Virus record (IMG/VR): IMGVR_UViG_2548876945_000007
Reading direction: 5' to 3' (one strand)
From: a virus
Taxonomy: Duplodnaviria; Heunggongvirae; Uroviricota; Caudoviricetes
Length of the DNA stretch: 4,971 nt
The translations under genes were made by a program, and so were the position numbers. Within the stretch, counting starts at the first letter, position 1. Every line of letters starts with the position of its first letter. The notes below the pieces were generated by a model. The model was not told the DNA's origin, did not search any database, and worked only from the letters and a program-made list of their open reading frames with translations. Of this stretch, positions 1 through 4,971 are shown piece by piece.

Positions 1-1
1 G

Positions 2-250
2 AAATGGGTGACCGATACTGAGGCACAGCATAGCGCCGCAGTAGACGCGGCAGAAGTACAGCGTCAGTCACTGATTAATACTGCAATGGCTTCCATTAGT
101 CTGATTCAACTTAAATTGCAGGCCGGGCGGCAGCTGATGCAGGCAGAGACCACCCGACTTAACACTGTGCTGGATTACATTGACGCGGTGACGGCAACAG
201 ATACCAGCACAGCGCCGGATGTCATCTGGCCTGAACTGCCGGAGGCGTAG
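2..250 (+). CDS. Tail fibre assembly protein, C-terminal part; the 5' end lies upstream of the window (frame is open to position 2, and the GTG at 8 is only the ORF-finder start)
   Basis: Translation ends ...LNTVLDYIDAVTATDTSTAPDVIWPELPEA, the C-terminal DTS-x-x-PD-x-x-WP signature I recall for lambdoid/Mu/e14-type Tfa proteins. TAG stop at 248-250. Converges on and overlaps the minus-strand tfa by 29 nt. Confidence 0.7.
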   Translation, partial: KWVTDTEAQHSAAVDAAEVQRQSLINTAMASISLIQLKLQAGRQLMQAETTRLNTVLDYIDAVTATDTSTAPDVIWPELPEA

Positions 251-659
251 GCCATTCAATATCTGGCCCACTGGAGGTATCAACCAGCTCCAGTGCGTCC
301 AGGTAATCCAGCCACAAATTATATTGCGCCAGTTCCTCGTCTTTCAGACGACCAATAGCGGCTTTACCGGGCCATTGTTTACTGTTCATGTATTCGTTGG
401 CCAGATTAAGCAATAATTGCCTTTCTGATTCTGCCTGTTGAATAAGTTCTTCATGTGATGGTGGAGGTATTAGTGCCCATGTGGGTAATCCATTTTCTCC
501 TGCAACACGAATTTTGCCATCTGGGGGCGTATTTATTGCAAATTCATTATAAACATCATCACTGACAGCCAGAGCATCATCTGGCCATGAATTTGCATTA
601 ATGTAATCATCCTTAAGTGCAGGATTCACAAAAATGTTTAAAGATGGACTATAAAACAT
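222..659 (-). CDS. Tail fibre assembly protein (145 aa), second inverted copy of the invertible segment
   Basis: C-terminus ...LWLDYLDALELVDTSSGPDIEWPTPPAVQAR carries the same Tfa C-terminal signature as the + strand copy. Its ATG (659-657) lies 1 nt after the TAA stop (663-661) of the upstream stf segment, a typical stf-tfa operon junction. Confidence 0.75.
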   Translation of the reverse strand: MFYSPSLNIFVNPALKDDYINANSWPDDALAVSDDVYNEFAINTPPDGKIRVAGENGLPTWALIPPPSHEELIQQAESERQLLLNLANEYMNSKQWPGKAAIGRLKDEELAQYNLWLDYLDALELVDTSSGPDIEWPTPPAVQAR

Positions 660-660
660 A

Positions 661-1050
661 TTACACCCCTATAGCGATATAACGACCTAATACAGCGTTT
701 GCAGCAGTCGCTATGCTTGAAAAACCGCGGAACTGATTTGATGTAATTGCAGAAGCCGACAGGATTCCTGCGCCTGAAGGTGTATGCCCCACATGACTAA
801 CTATCATTCCATAACATGCTGACGGAAAGGCAAAAGGAAAATCATTAAGATATCCGGCATCTTCACCACCAGACCCACCAAATCTCGCCTGCCCCCACTG
901 AATAATCAGTGTTCTCCGGGAACCTGAAATAATTAACGGAATCGTTACATACCCATTCAGACCAATGACACCCGATGCAGTGCCAGCCAGAGATAATTCT
1001 CCCAAACCAACGTTTATGAAAATGCAGAAATAACAAGCAAATGGCATCAT
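661..1050 (-). CDS. Tail fibre C-terminal variable (receptor-binding) segment, silent orientation copy without its own constant N-terminal part
   Basis: Gly/Ser/Ala-rich 129-aa ORF directly upstream of the tfa on the same strand. The frame is open only 9 codons beyond the listed ATG, up to a stop at 1077-1075, and the crossover site at 987-1012 lies inside its 5' end. This matches the Sv'/U' half of a Mu G-segment or e14 P-segment arrangement. Confidence 0.55.
   Translation of the reverse strand: MMPFACYFCIFINVGLGELSLAGTASGVIGLNGYVTIPLIISGSRRTLIIQWGQARFGGSGGEDAGYLNDFPFAFPSACYGMIVSHVGHTPSGAGILSASAITSNQFRGFSSIATAANAVLGRYIAIGV
987..1012. other. Hin/Gin/Pin/Cin-family invertase crossover site (hix/gix/pix-like), the right boundary of the invertible tail-fibre segment
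   Basis: The 26-bp sequence TTCTCCCAAACCAACGTTTATGAAAA has two imperfect inverted 12-bp half-sites around a central AA. It matches about 21 of 26 positions of hixL as I recall it (TTCTTGAAAACCAAGGTTTTTGATAA), including the AAACC..GGTTT-like core. It sits 65 bp upstream of the invertase start, where gixR/hix sites lie relative to gin/hin. Confidence 0.7.
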
Positions 1051-1076
1051 TCCTGCTTTTAGTAAAGAGATTGATC

Positions 1077-1211
1077 ATGCTGATAGGTTATATACGGGTA
1101 TCAACAAATGAGCAGAATACAGCATTACTAGGAAATGCGCTCGAGTGCGCAGGATGTGAGCTGATTTTTGAAGACAAAATATTTCGAACACTTCTCCCAA
1201 TTTTAAAGTGA
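1077..1211 (+). pseudogene. Truncated serine DNA invertase (Pin/Gin/Hin/Cin family); only about the first 35 codons are retained, then the frame reads into unrelated sequence and stops
   Basis: Translation from ATG 1077 is MLIGYIRVSTNEQNTALLGNALECAGCELIFEDKI, closely resembling the N-termini I recall for Pin/Gin/Hin (MLIGYVRVSTNDQNTDLQRNAL.CAGCE.IFEDK) and including the catalytic-serine context RVST. After nt ~1181 the translation FRTLLPILK-stop (TGA 1209-1211) has no invertase similarity. The ORF is too short to appear in the supplied track. Confidence 0.75.
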
Positions 1212-1275
1212 AGTCGATGGTTTATGCTGGTGCCACGATTATTTCCTCCTGCTTCCCGGTTCAGAAAACAGTCGC

Positions 1276-1304
1276 GAAGAACCAGCCTTAACAGGCTGGT
1301 TCTT
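1276..1304 (-). terminator. Putative intrinsic terminator for the 870-aa gene
   Basis: Inverted repeat GAAGAACCAGCC (1276-1287) / GGCTGGTTCTT (1294-1304) with a 6-nt loop, beginning 7 nt past the TAA stop (1313-1311). On the minus strand a TGTTTTCT run follows the stem after a 6-nt spacer, so the U-tract is not ideally placed. Confidence 0.45.
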
Positions 1305-1310
1305 ATCGGC

Positions 1311-3923
1311 TTAGCTTACAGCTTGATCGAGATCTTCAAGTGCACAAATCATGGTTTCTACTGTTGCTCGGTCAAATTCAGCCCTTCCATCTTCCTCATG
1401 TGTGCCTTTGTTAAGATAGCGCCATTCTCGCGAATCTCCACTAATCCCAGTCAAAACGTCAATTGGACCAAAAACAGCACTTTTATTTTGATCAGTAAAA
1501 TCAGTTTTATTAATCTGTTTTTTTAATTGATCTGACAAATTACGTAACTCAATAGGTGAATTTGCCGACCGTAACTTAAGGCTAAGATTACCGTCACCAT
1601 ATTTATTTACATAGCGCCAGACCTTCACCTTCATCAGCGATTCAAGTGCCTGTCTACATTTAGCGAGAGCTTCCCTAATTTCATTACGTTCGTAATGTTT
1701 TCGTGCCGAGATAATGTAGTTCCTAGGGGCGCAGTTGAAATCGACACGAATATGCAATTCATCTAGACGTGGCAAGAAAGTGAAAGTCTTGGATTGAGCA
1801 GCAACCCGCGTAGGCAGTAAATTTTGGATATCTTTAAAAAATTCCTCTCCATGACAAGCTAGAATGATTTGCTTTTCGGCAAAGAACGTATCTTCAAATA
1901 ACGTTTTTCGAATGGAATCTCTATGATCGTCATCAATAGCATTTACCGGATCATCAAAAATTAAAAGTGGGCACTGCTCATTAATGTTTTTTGCCAATAA
2001 GATCGCTAGTCCTATACAGCGCACATGACCTTCACTTAGCACATGAAGGGCATCAAAATATTGTACGGGATTATTCTGGAACGCCACTTCCAACCGTTGA
2101 TTTTGCATCAGAGGTAATTTGATATCAGCGAGCTTTTCGCCTCTGGAATCATTACGGTTAAACGCATTATAAAGGGTAACAATGTTATCTCCGAGATTTG
2201 CTACGAGTTGCTGAGGTAAACGATCTTTATAGGCGTTCAATCGAATAACAAAGTTGGAATATGCCTCAGAAATTTCTTGGTTTTTCCTAACAATAGCTTT
2301 CTCATGCTCAACTTCATCAATAAGTTGCCTATTTTCGGCATTAAATCTGGTAATTAGCAACTGAGCTTCAGAGATGGACTTCTCTGTTTCCTCTCTTTTT
2401 GTCTGTAATATAGTTATCTGTCGTTCGGTTTCACGCAGACTATCAAGAGATTGCTGTTGCAGTTCTCGTCGTTTAATATTTTCATCTGTTTTTTTATCCT
2501 CTTTCTCCAGATGATGTACCTGTTCTTCAAGAAGAGTCCAAGGGGGTATCCCATCACCTGCCGGTTGCTGTAGTGCACACCACAAATCGCTTCCAGTTTT
2601 ATTTCGGAAATCTTCAAGTGGATTGCTATGCGGAATGAACTGACAACAAGTACTAATAACTTTATGAACGTCGAACATCAGCTGGCTGATTGATTTTTCC
2701 AACTGAGTTATTTCGTCTTGTAGTGTCGATAAAAACTTAAGTTTAAGCAATTCATTACTGGCATATTTGTAAGGGTTTTTTGCAACGTGCTGAAGTGGGG
2801 TATGACATGCAGGACAATGGTCAGGCTTGGTGCTTTGCAACTGGACTACGGCTTCAAATAAATTTTTAAAAGAAATTTGCTGACTTGCCTCTGCCAGTTG
2901 ATTTTGCTTGCCCTTAAGGTCTGTAAGCCCCTTTTCGACTGAATCACTGAGCTTTTTCAAAATGGCAGAGGTTAGACCACTCTTGGCCGGAAGCTGTTTT
3001 TGTAACTCGGTTTCAAGCTGCCGAATGACGCCGATATTTTGCCCATCCCCCTTCAACTCTACAACCATCTGATGGAAAGATATGCCTTCACGATAGCCTG
3101 AGGCTAGAGTTTGTTCTGCTGAGGTTAGTTCTTCAAGGTGGGCCTTACTCGTTTTCAGTTGCTGCTGTGCTCCCAAGAGAGATTGGCTCTTTGTTGCTAA
3201 TTGAGCAGCCTTTACGCCAGTCAGGTCGATATATCGGGCATCAATATCTGAGGTGAAATTTCGCACAAAATCATTAAATGTATCCAACCCGAATAATGTT
3301 GATATAAGTTCGGCTTGCTTTGCTGGGGCCAGAGCAGCGATTCTTGAAAAGCTGTCGATACGATTCTTTTCAATAAAACAAAAGCGATATTGTGTTTCAT
3401 TATTCTCAATCATCACATCCTGCTCTTGATCTCCAACACCTATAATTTCGGGAGCAGAAAACTGATTGACATATGCGTTTCTAAAATAGTCGTGTTGATT
3501 ACGAAAACGCTTACTTTCTGCCTCCGCGACGCGGCCCAGTAATGCGTATTCAAGTGCCTCGCAGAAACTGGATTTCCCCGTACCATTGGGGCCGTAGATC
3601 AGCACTAGGCGGGAATCTAAATCAAACTCCTCTCGTCTGGCAAATCCTCTAAATGGTCCAACAGACATCTTTCTAAGTCGGCTAAAGGTGGAAACACTTT
3701 CGGCGTTCTGCTCAGGGAGTGTTTGGACTTCTGGGCTGAGTGTATCCCAGGCGGATTGAGCCAGAGCGACAATACGTTTGACCCGCTGACCCTGTGCGGT
3801 TCCCAACGGCACGATTTCGTCAAGATTTTCCCACACAAGATTTGCTATTTTCCTTACATCACTTGGTACATCTGCTGTATTTAAGGTTTGAAAAAAACGC
3901 AACAACTCACTGCCGAGCATCAT
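1311..3923 (-). CDS. 870-aa Rad50/SbcC-like ABC ATPase with coiled-coil arms, CxxC zinc hook and a C-terminal putative nuclease/effector domain; RloC-like candidate anti-phage protein
   Basis: Uninterrupted 2.6-kb ORF in AT-rich DNA. Walker A GPNGTGKSS (aa 111-119; nt 3567-3593), CPAC hook (aa 370-373; nt 2805-2816) between two Q/E/K/L-rich coiled-coil-like stretches, signature-like LSEGH (aa 629-633; nt 2025-2039), Walker B LLIFDD (aa 653-658; nt 1950-1967), D-loop-like PVNAIDDD, H-loop His691, then ~170 aa C-terminal extension (aa 700-870; nt 1314-1826). SD-like AAGGA sits 3 nt before the first ATG (3923) and 6 nt before the second (3920), so the true start may be the second ATG. Confidence is for a real CDS with an ABC-ATPase fold; the RloC-like functional call is about 0.5. 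Confidence 0.88.
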   Translation of the reverse strand: MMLGSELLRFFQTLNTADVPSDVRKIANLVWENLDEIVPLGTAQGQRVKRIVALAQSAWDTLSPEVQTLPEQNAESVSTFSRLRKMSVGPFRGFARREEFDLDSRLVLIYGPNGTGKSSFCEALEYALLGRVAEAESKRFRNQHDYFRNAYVNQFSAPEIIGVGDQEQDVMIENNETQYRFCFIEKNRIDSFSRIAALAPAKQAELISTLFGLDTFNDFVRNFTSDIDARYIDLTGVKAAQLATKSQSLLGAQQQLKTSKAHLEELTSAEQTLASGYREGISFHQMVVELKGDGQNIGVIRQLETELQKQLPAKSGLTSAILKKLSDSVEKGLTDLKGKQNQLAEASQQISFKNLFEAVVQLQSTKPDHCPACHTPLQHVAKNPYKYASNELLKLKFLSTLQDEITQLEKSISQLMFDVHKVISTCCQFIPHSNPLEDFRNKTGSDLWCALQQPAGDGIPPWTLLEEQVHHLEKEDKKTDENIKRRELQQQSLDSLRETERQITILQTKREETEKSISEAQLLITRFNAENRQLIDEVEHEKAIVRKNQEISEAYSNFVIRLNAYKDRLPQQLVANLGDNIVTLYNAFNRNDSRGEKLADIKLPLMQNQRLEVAFQNNPVQYFDALHVLSEGHVRCIGLAILLAKNINEQCPLLIFDDPVNAIDDDHRDSIRKTLFEDTFFAEKQIILACHGEEFFKDIQNLLPTRVAAQSKTFTFLPRLDELHIRVDFNCAPRNYIISARKHYERNEIREALAKCRQALESLMKVKVWRYVNKYGDGNLSLKLRSANSPIELRNLSDQLKKQINKTDFTDQNKSAVFGPIDVLTGISGDSREWRYLNKGTHEEDGRAEFDRATVETMICALEDLDQAVS

Positions 3924-3943
3924 AAATCCTTTTTACTTGTTGA

Positions 3944-3972
3944 CTTCTAACGTTATATTGCAATGTTAGAAG
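3944..3972. promoter_or_regulatory. Inverted repeat (possible operator) in the 5' leader/promoter region of the 870-aa gene
   Basis: CTTCTAACGTT (3944-3954) and AATGTTAGAAG (3962-3972) are reverse complements with one mismatch, separated by 7 nt, 21-49 bp upstream of the start codon. I could not assign a convincing -35/-10 pair by eye. Confidence 0.3.
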
Positions 3973-4560
3973 ATACACTTTCAGATTATTTTTTCACGTG
4001 ATCTGCAAATCAAATTTTTACTAATGCTGGCTGATTCGTTATCGACAAACATGTCTTCCTTTTTCCATTCTTACCAGCGATCAGCAAAGCAAATTACACG
4101 GACATGTTACCAGAGTGGCTTAAACATTCTGCTGGTGGGCGCAGTTTCAGAGTGAGCATTAATTAGCAATAACTTATCCAACCACCCAGAGCTATATCCC
4201 AAATGATGGGGTCAAAATGCAGTTGTTCATTACGCTCGCTCAGAAGCATAACGGCGCTACGTTGAAACGTCCGATGGATTCTGGATCGTATGGAATGTCG
4301 CGTTCAACTTCTTCATGGAGTAGGCGAGACAATCTTCACGCGTCATTGACTATGAAAAGCGTCCACACCTAGAAAACTCCGGTCACCTGTAAGATTGAAA
4401 GTATAAGGTATCGTTCTACACGAAACGATTTGACTCCTATAACTGAAAAGCGGTGTCGGTAGTTAAAGGCATTAGTGCCTATTTGGCATATGGAAGCTGA
4501 GAAAGAAAAGAATGGTACTCGTTGATGGGGATAGTTTAAGCACAGTAATTTAAGTAGATG

Positions 4561-4591
4561 AAAAAGCAAAAAGCCCACATCTGTGGGCTTT
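4561..4591 (-). terminator. Rho-independent terminator hairpin, strongest for transcripts arriving on the minus strand from higher coordinates; possibly bidirectional
   Basis: Stem AGCCCACA (4572-4579) / TGTGGGCT (4583-4590) with loop TCT. On the minus strand the stem is followed immediately by TTTTTGCTTTTT (complement of 4561-4571). On the plus strand only TTT follows. Confidence 0.5.
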
Positions 4592-4600
4592 CATGTCACT

Positions 4601-4633
4601 AAGGAGCCGCGGCTCCTTTGCGTATCCTTTTTT
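4601..4633 (+). terminator. Second GC-rich hairpin followed by a T-run; possible plus-strand terminator or structured RNA element
   Basis: Perfect 18-bp palindrome AAGGAGCCGCGGCTCCTT (4601-4618), then a TTTTTT run at 4628-4633 after a 9-nt spacer. The spacing is atypical for a canonical intrinsic terminator. Confidence 0.3.
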
Positions 4634-4708
4634 GTCTCCTCACCGTCTGGTCGGTGTCCTGCTGAGACTGCTAACTACCTGTTTTTGTTGGTGTTGTCCT
4701 TACACCGT

Positions 4709-4722
4709 CCAATCATGATTGG
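4709..4722. promoter_or_regulatory. Perfect 14-bp palindrome, candidate dimeric protein-binding site
   Basis: CCAATCATGATTGG is its own reverse complement. It lies in a region without a convincing ORF. Confidence 0.25.
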
Positions 4723-4971
4723 TGGAGCTGGCGGGAGTTGAAACCGCAGGCATGTCGTATGCAAGAACGTGCTGCGGTTGGCTGGTGAACTTCCGATAGT
4801 GCGAGTATTGAATGATTTCCAACTGTTATCGATTTTGCGTATTTTTTGCATGAGAGGATTTTTACCTCCTCCCACCGATCCTCCATGGCTTTACGCCAGT
4901 GTCTCTGGTCTGCTATGTGCCAGGAGCAGCCATTGCTAAGTCCATCCTGTATTGTGCAGGTCAGCTCGTTT

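Noticed and set aside
68-283. 71-aa minus-strand ORF
   Set aside because: Lies antisense within the two tfa genes, has no recognisable motifs, and is explained by the open frames of the real genes.
219-416. 65-aa plus-strand ORF
   Set aside because: Antisense to the well-supported minus-strand tfa, with Arg-rich low-complexity translation; likely spurious.
863-1078. 71-aa minus-strand ORF overlapping stf' and the crossover site
   Set aside because: Alternative frame of the tail-fibre variable segment, with Trp-rich implausible composition.
1077-1211. Functional short invertase-derived peptide
   Set aside because: 35 residues cannot contain the full serine-recombinase catalytic domain or the C-terminal DNA-binding domain, so it was treated as a pseudogene stub.
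1224-1526. 100-aa plus-strand ORF
   Set aside because: Antisense to the 3' end of the 870-aa gene, spans its terminator hairpin, and has a hydrophobic low-complexity translation typical of antisense frames in AT-rich DNA.
2414-3838. Three nested minus-strand ORFs (2414-2617, 3221-3409, 3617-3838)
   Set aside because: Out-of-frame ORFs inside the 870-aa gene, whose frame carries the recognisable ATPase motifs.
1311-3923. Alternative identities for the 870-aa protein: SbcC, OLD/Gabija GajA-type ATPase, SMC-like Lamassu/Wadjet ATPase
   Set aside because: SbcC is normally encoded next to its SbcD nuclease partner and lacks a C-terminal extra domain. OLD/GajA-type proteins lack long coiled coils and a hook and carry a TOPRIM domain I could not recognise here. 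SMC-like defence ATPases have hinge domains rather than a CxxC hook. None can be excluded without profile searches.
4369-4578. 69-aa minus-strand ORF
   Set aside because: Its listed start falls in the stem of the 4572-4590 hairpin, and it has no Shine-Dalgarno sequence and a Leu/Phe-rich low-complexity translation.
4675-4971. Small ORFs at the right edge (- 4675-4875, 58-66 aa; + ATG 4885 running off the window)
   Set aside because: Not rejected outright, but neither has a convincing ribosome-binding site or recognisable sequence, and the + ORF is incomplete; too weak to call as features.
1-4971. CRISPR array, tRNA or rRNA genes
   Set aside because: No regularly spaced direct repeats, no tRNA-like T-loop or acceptor features, and no rRNA-like sequence were found by eye.

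Overview
This window is a junction between a prophage tail-fibre inversion module and an AT-richer cargo gene. Positions 1-1211 carry the 3' end of a tail fibre assembly gene (+), a second convergent tail fibre assembly gene (-), a silent tail-fibre variable segment (-), a Hin/Gin/Pin-type crossover site (987-1012) and only the first ~35 codons of the invertase gene (1077-1181), which then runs into unrelated sequence. Positions 1311-3923 (-) encode an 870-aa protein with a split ABC-ATPase head (Walker A GPNGTGKSS, signature-like LSEGH, Walker B LLIFDD, H-loop His), long coiled-coil arms, a central CPAC zinc-hook motif and a ~170-aa C-terminal domain of unassigned function. This Rad50-like ATPase plus effector architecture resembles the RloC/PrrC anticodon-nuclease class of single-gene anti-phage proteins and is the best candidate for a defence determinant here; the assignment is by motif and architecture only. 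Positions 3924-4971 have no convincing long ORF but contain an inverted repeat by the gene start, two strong hairpins (4570-4618) and a perfect 14-bp palindrome (4709-4722). No rRNA, tRNA or CRISPR array was seen. All calls are from reading the sequence and ORF track; no database search was run.
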